From: an uncultured bacterium
Lineage (GTDB): Bacteria > Eisenbacteria > RBG-16-71-46 > CAZHEV01
NCBI GenBank assembly: GCA_964531335.1
Contig: CAZHEV010000003.1
Span: forward strand, 130,429-194,428
Length of the DNA: 64,000 nucleotides
Reading direction: 5' to 3'
Numbering within the stretch: the stretch's first letter is position 1; each line of letters begins with the position of its first letter. Shown piece after piece: positions 19,965 through 28,875 of the stretch. The notes beneath the pieces were generated by a model. It was given only the letters and a program-made list of their open reading frames with translations. It had not been told where the DNA came from and did no database searches. A program made the position numbers and the translations under genes.

Positions 19965-20209
19965 GCGAAAAGAATAGATTGGCCCGCGGTGAAGGTCAAC
20001 TCGCCGGGGAGCCTCTATGCGCTTGTTTGACATCGCATGGAGGCGTGCTAATCTAACGCCACGGCCCGCACGCAAGTTCCACGTCCGTTTCATTGTAATA
20101 GCCTGCGGGGCCGAGGACGCCGGACAGGCGCGCGGGGACGTAGAGGTTGAGGCGCGAGGCCCTCATGCGATTGCGCCGGCGGAGCCGAGAAAGCGAGGTC
20201 GAGGTCATT

Positions 20210-21175
20210 ATGGAGAAGGGGCACGACGTGAGGCTGGCCTTGATAACCCATCCCGATTGCCTGAAGCATGATCCGGGACCCCACCACGTTGAGAGGCCTA
20301 CCAGGCTCGAGGCCTTACTTGATGCGCTGGAGGGCGACGGGGAGCTTATGGGGCTTGCGGAGAAAGTGACGGCAAGAGAGGCGTCCGAGGAGGAGCTCGC
20401 CATGGTCCATTCCGTGGAGCACGTGAGGTGGGTCGGCGATCGCTGCAGAAGCGGGCCGGCCGTGCTCGACGCCGACGACACTTTCGTCGTGGAGGAGTCC
20501 TACAGGGCGGCCCTTCTAGCCGCGGGTGCCGTCCTGGACGCGGTCGACCGCACGGCGGCCGATCCTGGAGCAAGGTGCTTCTGCGCCGTGAGGCCTCCGG
20601 GGCACCACGCCGAGCACGCGGCTTCGATGGGGTTCTGTCTATTCAACAATGTGGCCGTGGGGGCGCGGTACGCGCAGGGGGCCGGCATGGAGCGGGTGGC
20701 GATAGTCGATTTCGACGTCCATCACGGAAACGGCACCGAGCGGTCCTTCTATCAAGATGGAACCGTCCTTTACGTCAGCCTGCACCAGCATCCCCATTAC
20801 CCCGGAACAGGCGCCGCCGAGGACATAGGGGAGGGCCCGGGGAAAGGCGCCAACCTCAACGTCCCTCTTCCGGCGGGCTCGGGGGAGCCGCAATACATGG
20901 CCGCGGTTGAGTCGATGATAATTCCGGCGCTCAAGGCATTCGCGCCCGAGCTTCTCATGTTCTCCGCCGGTTTCGACGCGCACGAGGCGGACCCCCTCTC
21001 GGGGATATTGCTCACGGAGGGGACTTATCACGACATGACCAGGACGATAATGGAGGCATGCGAGCCCACTACGCTAGGGAGGACGATCTCCGTGCTCGAA
21101 GGCGGCTACAGGCTGGAGTCGCTCGCCGCTTCCGCGAAAGCCCATGTCCGCGCCCTGGCAGGGTTGGGCCGCTAG
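20210..21175 (+). CDS. Histone deacetylase-family (arginase/deacetylase fold) protein, AcuC/APAH-like
   Basis: ITHPDCLKHDPGPHHVERPTRLEA, AVRPPGHHAE, and DFDVHHGNGTE (zinc ligands) motifs. Confidence 0.75.
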   Translation: MEKGHDVRLALITHPDCLKHDPGPHHVERPTRLEALLDALEGDGELMGLAEKVTAREASEEELAMVHSVEHVRWVGDRCRSGPAVLDADDTFVVEESYRAALLAAGAVLDAVDRTAADPGARCFCAVRPPGHHAEHAASMGFCLFNNVAVGARYAQGAGMERVAIVDFDVHHGNGTERSFYQDGTVLYVSLHQHPHYPGTGAAEDIGEGPGKGANLNVPLPAGSGEPQYMAAVESMIIPALKAFAPELLMFSAGFDAHEADPLSGILLTEGTYHDMTRTIMEACEPTTLGRTISVLEGGYRLESLAASAKAHVRALAGLGR

Positions 21176-21235
21176 GAGGATCTGCTTGCGGGCTCGAAGG
21201 CGCGGGTGTGCTCGAACGGTCGGGCCGCCTCGAGA

Positions 21236-22600
21236 TCAGTGCGCCCCGCGGTGGAGCCTTTCGTCCTCAGGCGGGCGGTGCACGGCGCACATCCGCCTCC
21301 ACTCTCGGTCCGCTATGGCCCCGTACTCCGCGGCGGCTCTCTCGACTTGCCGCGCGACCGATCCGTGAAGGATGTCGTCGGCACCAGGGTGGGTCGGCCT
21401 GGCCCCTCCCTCCTCGATCACTTTGTGTAGGATCTCCGGGTGGTCGATGATCATGCAGGGCCGCAGGTAGTTGTGATGATAGGGCTGCCTTTTCCTTATG
21501 GCGCGGAACAGCGGCGAGCCCAGAGCCTCTCCCAGGCTCTTGTCGTGGACGTTGTCGCTTGCGAAGTGCGTGAAGACGCAAGGCTCGACATCGCCTTTGC
21601 TGTTGATGTGGAAGTACTCCCTTGCTCCCGCGATGCACCCGCCCACCAGCGGTCCGTCGTTCCAGAAATCCGCAAGCATGATCGTCTTCCTCTCCCTGAG
21701 GTCGTTGAGCTTGAGCCTGCGTCTGTTTCTCTGCTCGGGAGTCGGGACCAGGTCGGGGTCGGGCGATCGTCCGATGGGGACGTACTGGAAGTACCAGCCT
21801 ATGAAGCAGCCCTTGGACGCGTAGAAGTCCACGAAATCATCGCTCACGATGAGATCGTTGTTATGTCTCGTGGCGGTCGCGGAGAAGCCGAAGAGGACAC
21901 CTCTGTCCCTCAATCTGTCCATCGCGGCCAGGACCTTCTCATAGACCCCGGGCGAGCGGCGCTCGTCCGTCTCCTTTTTGAAGCCCTCGACGCTGATGCA
22001 GGGCAGCACGTTGCCGAGCTCGGCTATTCGATCCGCAAGGCGATCGTCTATCAGCGTGCCGTTGGTGAAGGAAAGGAAGTATACGTCGCTCTGCGCTTTG
22101 TACAGATCGAGGAGGTCCTTTCTCACGTAAGGCTCTCCGCCGGAGATGACGACGAAGTGGATTCCCATCTCCTTGGCCTCGTTGACGACGCGCATGAGCG
22201 TGTCGAAGCTCATTTCCCCCTCTTTGGCGTACTCGGAGGAGTAACAGCCCGCGCACCTCAGATTGCACCTCATGGTGGGACTTACGACCATGAGGAGCGG
22301 GGGGTAGTAGCCGAGCTTCCGGCTGGCTCTCTGCCTCATGGGGCGGCTCAGAATGAGCGCGTTGCCGAGGAAGTTGTTGACCCACTTGCTGCGGCACTGG
22401 GGGGAGCAGTCGGATATGGCGTTCCTGCTGAAGATGACCAGCCTTTTGACGAAGGTGCGGCCCTCTGGAAAGGGTATTTCCTTCATGAGAGGTCCCAGCA
22501 GGGACAGGAGCCGCCTGTCGGAGAGCCTGGGCAGTATGCGCGCGCCGCCTTGAAGGGCGCTCTTAGTTGCTAGGACCTTGAGAGAAGCTACCGGTGACAT
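21236..22600 (-). CDS. Radical SAM enzyme with about 110-aa N-terminal extension
   Basis: CNLRCAGCY (CxxxCxxC) at residues about 112-120, and a Cys-rich C-terminal region (GGCIAG...CVF) that may be an auxiliary-cluster domain. AAAGGAG RBS. Confidence 0.65.
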   Translation of the reverse strand: MSPVASLKVLATKSALQGGARILPRLSDRRLLSLLGPLMKEIPFPEGRTFVKRLVIFSRNAISDCSPQCRSKWVNNFLGNALILSRPMRQRASRKLGYYPPLLMVVSPTMRCNLRCAGCYSSEYAKEGEMSFDTLMRVVNEAKEMGIHFVVISGGEPYVRKDLLDLYKAQSDVYFLSFTNGTLIDDRLADRIAELGNVLPCISVEGFKKETDERRSPGVYEKVLAAMDRLRDRGVLFGFSATATRHNNDLIVSDDFVDFYASKGCFIGWYFQYVPIGRSPDPDLVPTPEQRNRRRLKLNDLRERKTIMLADFWNDGPLVGGCIAGAREYFHINSKGDVEPCVFTHFASDNVHDKSLGEALGSPLFRAIRKRQPYHHNYLRPCMIIDHPEILHKVIEEGGARPTHPGADDILHGSVARQVERAAAEYGAIADREWRRMCAVHRPPEDERLHRGAH

Positions 22601-22948
22601 ACCGTGCTACTCCTTTCTAGATCCGGCCGCGCAACATCGGGAACCCTGGATAACGCAGAGCCTTCAACCTCGACTGTAACACAGAATCTACCGTTACGGA
22701 AGAGGCTGGTAAGTATCGACCGAAATTGCCCTTGTGCCTCTTTCTGACCGGCACTATACTCTATATACACAGCACTTCCTTTTGTGTCAACAGGAGCCTG
22801 TGGGCCCAGCCGGCGGCGTTGTGCCGCCGGCCGAGTGCTTGAGGGGCCGGAGAGGCCTGCGCGTGCCCGAGAGCTCGTGGGCGCGTCGCGCGAAGGGCCG
22901 CGCGGGGGCCGGAGAGGCGCCGGCAGGCGGGACTTGGAGGTGGAGCAA

Positions 22949-23509
22949 ATGAGCCCTACAAAGATCCTCTGCGAAGAGCACGAGATCGTGAAGACCCTGA
23001 CTCGGGTCCTCGAGAATATATGCGGGAGACTGAAGTCCGGTGAGAAGGTGGAGCCCCAACACGTAGAGGACGCGATATTCGTCATCAAGGGTTTCGCCGA
23101 CAGGGCGCACCATATGAAGGAAGAAGACCTCCTGTTTCCCGCGATGGAAAGCGCTGGCCTGTCGAAGGAGGAGATGCTGGTCGAGGCCATAACGACGGAA
23201 CACGACCTCGGACGGGGCTATGTCAGGGGTATAGGCGACGCCCTCATGCACTACTCGCTGGGCGACACCAGGGCCGGTCTTGTGCTATGCGAAAACACCG
23301 GGAAGTACGTCAAGCTCATAGCGGAACACATGGCCAAGGAGGAGGACGTGGTTTTTCCGCTGGCCGACAAGCACCTTTCGGAGGTTGCCAAGCGGGAGTT
23401 GACGCAGGCCTTCGAGAAGATAGATGAGGATGTCATAGGACGCGAGCAGCAAGAGAAGTTCATGAGGATAGTGTCGACGCTGGAGGGGATATACCTGGAG
23501 GAGGAATGA
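22949..23509 (+). CDS. Hemerythrin-like metal-binding domain protein
   Basis: Multiple H/E-rich hemerythrin HHE-type segments (EEHEI, HHMKEEDLLFP, EHDLGRG, HMAKEEDVVFP). GGAGG RBS before ATG 22949. Confidence 0.6.
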   Translation: MSPTKILCEEHEIVKTLTRVLENICGRLKSGEKVEPQHVEDAIFVIKGFADRAHHMKEEDLLFPAMESAGLSKEEMLVEAITTEHDLGRGYVRGIGDALMHYSLGDTRAGLVLCENTGKYVKLIAEHMAKEEDVVFPLADKHLSEVAKRELTQAFEKIDEDVIGREQQEKFMRIVSTLEGIYLEEE

Positions 23510-23551
23510 TCGGCCCGGATGTATCCGGTCCTGAACGCGAGGGGAGAGACC

Positions 23552-24751
23552 ATGCGAAACTTCGAGCTGCGAATGCCCACTAAAATAGTGTTCGGAGCCG
23601 GAGAGCTTTCCAGCCTCGGGCGCGAGACCGCTCAAATAGGCCGCAAAGCACTTCTGGTTACGGGAAAACACAGCACGAAGGAGACCGGCGTCCTGGACCG
23701 CTCGGTCAGGTCCCTGGAAGAAGCAGGGGTTTCGGTCGCCGTCTTCGATCGCGTCGAGCCGAACCCGCGGTCGTCCACCGTCGACGCAGGCGGAGAGGCG
23801 GCGCAACGAGAAGGCTGCGACGTGGTCGTGGGAGTAGGCGGCGGCAGCGCGATGGACGCCGCGAAGGGGATCGCGGTGGCCGCGTACGACCCCGGCAATA
23901 TCTGGAGCTACGTGGATCACGGGGACCCGGACTCGCACATAGAGGCCGAGAAGGCCCTGCCCATAGTTCTCGCGCCTACGCTGGCCGCCACCGGATCGGA
24001 GTTCAACGCGGGCGCCGTCATCACCAACTGGGAGACGCACGAGAAGGCCGTCCTCTGGGTCGCCCCGCTCCTTTCTCCTCGCGTCTCCATAATCGACCCC
24101 GAGCTCACCCTGAGCGTCAACAAGGACTACACCATAGACGGGGCCATCGACATCATCCTTCACGTGATGGAATCCTACTTCAACAACCGCGAGGACACGC
24201 CTCTCCAGGACAGGATATCCGAAGGCTTGATCGCCACCGTAATGGAGTACTTCCCTCGATTGCTAAAGGACCTGCGGGACCTGGAGGCTCGCACACAGCT
24301 TTCCTGGTGCTCGGCCGTGGCCCTGTGCGGAATCGCGTCCTGCGGCCGGGACCGCCTTGGGCATCCCGTCCACGCCATGCAGCACGCGCTCAGCGGCTAC
24401 TACGACATGAGCCACGGCAGGGGGCTTGCGATCCTGACGCCCCACTGGATGGAGTACTCATACAAGGCCGGGCCGGCCCGCTTCGCCCAATTCGCCGGGA
24501 GGGTGATGGGACTGACTCGGATCTCCGGCGAGGGCGACGCAGAGCTCGCCGCAAGAGGCGTGGCCGCGTGGACCGCCTGGATGAAGGACAACGAGGCCTA
24601 CCACACCCTCACCGAGGTCGGCATAGACGACTCGCTCTTCGAGAAGATGGCCTCCGATACCGCTGGAATCTACGGCGACGGAGAGAGGATCGGCGGCATA
24701 CGCCCGCTTGACAAATCGGACATAGTGGCTATCTACAAAAGATCTCTGTAA
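23552..24751 (+). CDS. Iron-containing (group III) alcohol dehydrogenase
   Basis: PTKIVFGAGELSSLG and GVGGGSAMDAAKGIAVAA motifs. Start at Met12 with GGGGAGAG RBS. Confidence 0.8.
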   Translation: MRNFELRMPTKIVFGAGELSSLGRETAQIGRKALLVTGKHSTKETGVLDRSVRSLEEAGVSVAVFDRVEPNPRSSTVDAGGEAAQREGCDVVVGVGGGSAMDAAKGIAVAAYDPGNIWSYVDHGDPDSHIEAEKALPIVLAPTLAATGSEFNAGAVITNWETHEKAVLWVAPLLSPRVSIIDPELTLSVNKDYTIDGAIDIILHVMESYFNNREDTPLQDRISEGLIATVMEYFPRLLKDLRDLEARTQLSWCSAVALCGIASCGRDRLGHPVHAMQHALSGYYDMSHGRGLAILTPHWMEYSYKAGPARFAQFAGRVMGLTRISGEGDAELAARGVAAWTAWMKDNEAYHTLTEVGIDDSLFEKMASDTAGIYGDGERIGGIRPLDKSDIVAIYKRSL

Positions 24752-24755
24752 CCGG

Positions 24756-25086
24756 TCAGGCCGGTGCGGGACGGCGGCCGGGCCGCCTGAGGGCGAAGCC
24801 GCCGGCCCGCGGAAGCCTAACTCGACCGCCTCTTGCGAGCCGCTTCTCGTCCTCGCAAGGTATCAGCCTCCCCGCACTGAAGAGGCCGTACTCGTTCATC
24901 TTCAAGTCCATGCGACGGGCGCGGCCTCTCATCGCCGTATTGTGCTCCGCGCTGCCGGTGAAATGGTGGAACGCGTACGGGTAGTGCATCTCTGTAACGG
25001 CTCTCGCCTTTGAGCTCGAGAAGCACCGCGACCTCGTTCAGGATCGCCGCTATTTCCTTTCTGTCCACCTGTGCGGGTCCTACCAA
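24756..25086 (-). pseudogene. DNA polymerase X (PolX) remnant: N-terminal HhH segment and C-terminal segment in different frames, core deleted
   Basis: One frame gives MVGPAQVDRKEIAAILNEVAVLLELKGE (PolX 8-kDa domain start), then frameshifts. The other frame, 30 codons downstream, gives YAFHHFTGSAEHNTAMRGRARRMDLKMNEYGLF (PolX thumb region). Total span is only about 330 nt. Confidence 0.55.
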
Positions 25087-27968
25087 GGTTGAGAAGTATG
25101 GGTTCCCATGCCGGGACCCAGCACGATCGCGTTCATCAGTAGCCTGCCCGTGCCCAGGTACTGCGCCCTGAAATAGGGATCGTTCAGAAAGAGTATTATT
25201 TGGCCCTCACCCACGCTCTCCCGGGTAAGATATGCGGTCTTCGCCCAGCGTGTCCTGGCCTCGGGCCACAGCAATCCTGAGACCCTCATTTCCGCCTTTT
25301 CCGCCAGCCTGCCGACCGTTTCCACGGGCGGCTTGGACATGAAGGCGCTGCGGCTGAATAGGACTGCCGGCACCTTGTCACCCGATCCTGATGCGAGCCA
25401 GTGCTCCTGGTCGAGGTCGACCCTCAGCATTGCCCCTTGAGGTCTGAACAGGCGAAGCATCTCATCCTCGGCCTTGAGCTCCTGGGACGACTTCTTCGCG
25501 GCCTTCTCGCCCTTCTCTCCGCCCTCGTCGGCTTCCTTCTCCCGTGGGGACCACTCCCAGATCTCCAGGCTGTCTATGGGGGCGGGCTCCACAGGCTCCA
25601 TCTTCAGCGCGTCCTCATATTCGTCGAGCTTATTGATCGCTTGGCGGCGAAGCCTGACCGTGCCGAGCCCAAGGCTGGTATCGGCCAGGGCCGTGGCAGC
25701 CGAGCCCATGGCGATAAGCGTGCCCCCGTCCTCTATCCAACGCTTCAGCTTTCGCACGCCCCCGCGGCCGAGGACCTCTCCGTAAGCTCGCCCCCATGAG
25801 TCGGGCATGATAATCACGTTGTACTTGTCCAGCTCGGCCCGGTGCAGGCGCCCGATGTCCAGCCTAGACGACCTCGTCCCGAGGACATGGTCGAGCATGA
25901 ACCATATGGCGCCGTAGGAGCTCGAAGATATCGGCGATCCACCGAGCAGGCACACCCTGGGCGCCTTGAGGAGCTGGAAACGCCTGGCGCCCAGATCAGG
26001 GCCCTCCTGGCTGAGAGCGCTCGCCGCGCCTATGGCGTCGACGCCGGTTTCCTCGCATACGCGCTCGAGTATGGAATGCAAGTCCTCAGGGTTCTCGACT
26101 CCCCTGAGAAGGAAGCTTCCCCTTACGAAGTCCACTCCGGCCGCGCGGAAGGGCTTCGTCGCGTGGCGGACGCTGCATCCTGCCTCCATCAGGGCGGTCG
26201 CCGCGGAAAGGGCCTTGTCCCTGCGACCGTCGATCAAGTAGCCGTAGGCGCCGTCGCCGCGCACCCTCCCCGGCTTTTGCTCCGGGGCCGTGGCGTGCTC
26301 CAGGTCCCCGCGGACGTCGGAGCTCGACGAATAACACTCGATCCCTGCGGCGATGGGCAGAGACCAGGCGGTCACGTCGTATATCCTGCTTCGCTTGTTC
26401 TTTTCGAGCTCGTATCTCTCCTCCTCCAGAGAGCTGGTGGTCATCCTCGGATCGAACTCCAGCAGGGTCTTGGCCAGAAGCCCCATGGGCTGGGCGAGAG
26501 GCACGACGTAGCTTCCGGGCGCAAGCGTCTTCGAGCCGTAGGATTCGCCCCAGTAATCGGCGAGCCCTCTGGTCTTGACCGCTCCCTGGGCGGTCCTCAC
26601 TTCAATCCCTTGCCGCAGCAGGCTCGCGACGAGCTGGTCCACCCGCCCGGGTTTGTCGCCGGGCACGAGGACGAACGCCTTCTCCTGCGAGCCCAATCGC
26701 CCTTTGCTGGACCTCGACTTCTCCAGGTAGTAGTCCCTCAGCAGCTCGTCCTTGTTCTTGGCCGCCGTTTGGAGGTTCGCCATCGAGCTTATGAATTGAT
26801 GATGCACGGTCTCACCGTAGGTCAGGAAAGACCCGTCGTGGCGCTTGATGAGGGACCCTTCCACTCCGGCCTGCTCGTAGAGTATCCCCAGGGCGCCCAG
26901 ATACAGCGACCATGAGCTGCCGTAGCCGGGGAACCACTCCTCGTTCCACTCCCTGGTGTAGTAGCTCCAGCCGTAGCGGTCGAACGCCCGGGCCTGGTCC
27001 TCCGCGAAGGCCTTCCACCACTTCTTCATCCTGGGAGTCATGTTCGGGTTGAAAGGCTCTCGCGGAGGGGAAAATAGATACGTGTCGAAGGCGCCCATCT
27101 CGTGGGAGTCGACAAAGAGCTGGGGATTCCATTCCACGATGGCCTCCACCTTGCCTTTTGTCTCGGGATGTATCTGGATGTACCAGTCCCTGTTGAGATC
27201 GAAAAGGTAGTGGTTTCCTCTTCCGCCCGACCAGAACCCGGTGTGCTCGAAGCTCTGCGTGTCCCAGTTGGGGCGGACGCCTTCGACCTGCTCCATCATG
27301 GCCAGGAAGCGCTCCCTTCCGTCCGGGTTCTGAAGCGGGTCTATTATCACAACCAGCCGGTGCCGCAACGATTCCGTCAGGCTATCCGTGCCCGCCGCGA
27401 GCTGATAGGCGAGCTGCACGGCGGCGTCCGTGCTGGAGAGCTCGTCGCCGTGGATGCTATAGGCCATCCATGCCACGGCCGGAGTCCTTGCGATCAGGGC
27501 TTCAAGCTCCCTATCGCCTCTTATTTCATTCGTGTGCGCCAGCCGCCTGAGTGAGCCCTTGATCTCGTCCAGGCGCGCCATGTTGTCCCGCGACGACACG
27601 ATCAGGTAATAGAGGGTCCGGCCCTCGTGAGTACGGCCGTACTCGACCATATCGACGAGCGGGCTCGCCCCGGAAAGCTGCTTCAAATAGCCTATTAAGT
27701 CATCGTATCTTACCGGGGAGCGCGCAACCGGCGCGCCCAGGTATTGGGAGGGGGCGGGGACGGCCGGGTCATAGGTGCCGTCCGGGTAGAGGGGCGCGTC
27801 GTACGTAGGCGGCGCTTCGGTTACAGGGCCGACGGCGCCGGATCCCGCGGAAACGTGACCTGGATGAGCCCACAGGGCTGACAGGCACAGGAGCGCCGCG
27901 GCGCACAGAATGTGGCGCCGGCTTGCGGTCGCGCCGCGCCTGTCGGACATCTTCGCAGTCCATCTCAT
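25080..27968 (-). CDS. Secreted M14-family zinc carboxypeptidase, very large multidomain
   Basis: Signal peptide (HILCAAALLCLSALWA), M14 zinc motifs HGDELSS ... HEMG, and a long C-terminal extension. Start set to the internal Met with AAGGAGG RBS (27968) rather than the track's 28325. Confidence 0.7.
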   Translation of the reverse strand: MRWTAKMSDRRGATASRRHILCAAALLCLSALWAHPGHVSAGSGAVGPVTEAPPTYDAPLYPDGTYDPAVPAPSQYLGAPVARSPVRYDDLIGYLKQLSGASPLVDMVEYGRTHEGRTLYYLIVSSRDNMARLDEIKGSLRRLAHTNEIRGDRELEALIARTPAVAWMAYSIHGDELSSTDAAVQLAYQLAAGTDSLTESLRHRLVVIIDPLQNPDGRERFLAMMEQVEGVRPNWDTQSFEHTGFWSGGRGNHYLFDLNRDWYIQIHPETKGKVEAIVEWNPQLFVDSHEMGAFDTYLFSPPREPFNPNMTPRMKKWWKAFAEDQARAFDRYGWSYYTREWNEEWFPGYGSSWSLYLGALGILYEQAGVEGSLIKRHDGSFLTYGETVHHQFISSMANLQTAAKNKDELLRDYYLEKSRSSKGRLGSQEKAFVLVPGDKPGRVDQLVASLLRQGIEVRTAQGAVKTRGLADYWGESYGSKTLAPGSYVVPLAQPMGLLAKTLLEFDPRMTTSSLEEERYELEKNKRSRIYDVTAWSLPIAAGIECYSSSSDVRGDLEHATAPEQKPGRVRGDGAYGYLIDGRRDKALSAATALMEAGCSVRHATKPFRAAGVDFVRGSFLLRGVENPEDLHSILERVCEETGVDAIGAASALSQEGPDLGARRFQLLKAPRVCLLGGSPISSSSYGAIWFMLDHVLGTRSSRLDIGRLHRAELDKYNVIIMPDSWGRAYGEVLGRGGVRKLKRWIEDGGTLIAMGSAATALADTSLGLGTVRLRRQAINKLDEYEDALKMEPVEPAPIDSLEIWEWSPREKEADEGGEKGEKAAKKSSQELKAEDEMLRLFRPQGAMLRVDLDQEHWLASGSGDKVPAVLFSRSAFMSKPPVETVGRLAEKAEMRVSGLLWPEARTRWAKTAYLTRESVGEGQIILFLNDPYFRAQYLGTGRLLMNAIVLGPGMGTHTSQPW

Positions 27969-28391
27969 CGCTTTCCTCCTTGTGATTTTGCGGGTCTTGC
28001 GGGCGCAGCAGCGCCGTATGGATAGCCCCGGGAACACCGTCTGAAGGACGTTTATCAATCCCTCGAGCCCCTGCTCCTCTATGTCCCCCAGGTACCGCGT
28101 GCGCAGCTTCCGCATATGGCCTTCCAGGACCCTCCTGATGGCCCATCTGCCGGCTTCCCTCAGTGAGTCCCGGCCCTGGCCCCGGCAATTCATGCTCTTG
28201 AGGCTGCGGATAGCCTGCCGTACGCTACTTGCGGCTGCAACAACAGCCATCGGGGCGCCTCCTTTCGCTTGACCAGCTTGAAAGTTGACTACTTTGGAGA
28301 TACCCCATTTCCTTGCCTGACACAATCACTTATACATCACCTACTTGCGATAAAGCTTGACTCGAGAAGGCGGCGATGTTAAGATCGCCCC

Positions 28392-28484
28392 CATCGCGGA
28401 GGGATACAATGCTGAGAGCTGGGGCGCTGGTTGTTTCTGCGGGATTCTAAACGAAGTGGCGGACTGCTATGTCCGCCTTTTTTT
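28392..28484 (+). ncRNA. Putative small transcript (sRNA or peptide leader) ending in an intrinsic terminator
   Basis: Candidate promoter TTGACT (28357-28362), 17 nt, TAAGAT (28380-28385). The transcript contains GGAGGG plus a 13-codon ORF (MLRAGALVVSAGF) and ends with hairpin GGCGGAC-tgctat-GTCCGCC followed by TTTTTTT (28458-28484). No flanking plus-strand gene. Confidence 0.35.
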
Positions 28485-28875
28485 GTCCCCTCGAGCCTCT
28501 TCCCCGGCCGGCGGTCGATCCTCCCGAAGTGATAGACTAAACAGTTGTGCGGTTTACTAGGATTTGACCCGGGAGCTACGCCGACGCCGGAGCTATGGCT
28601 CTGGCTCAGCCGTGGTTTTTCGGATGGGGGGCTGGCTGCGAGGACCGGCTCCCCGAAGTCCCATCAGCCCGATGCCGATCGTGCATGGGCGCCCCCATCG
28701 CACAAAGCCGGCCCGGCCAGCCGTCCTGCCGGGCTGGCTTTGAGCAGTTTTGGGGTTCCTTCCTCGCATACTTGACCCGAGTCCACCATGGGATTCCGGG
28801 GGATCTCGGCGCTTCGTGGATTCGCTTGTTCTCTTTGCCGTCGAGACCTCTTCTGAGCCCTCAGGAGAGCGCAGC

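Noticed and set aside
27969-28325. 5' extension of the M14 peptidase ORF to 28325
   Set aside because: The internal Met at 27968 has a consensus AAGGAGG RBS and is followed by a signal peptide; the upstream stretch has no RBS and reads as non-coding.
28357-28560. 67-aa plus-strand ORF in the M14/lipoprotein divergent region
   Set aside because: Runs straight through a canonical intrinsic terminator hairpin and T-tract. The region is better explained as a short transcript with a 13-codon mini-ORF.
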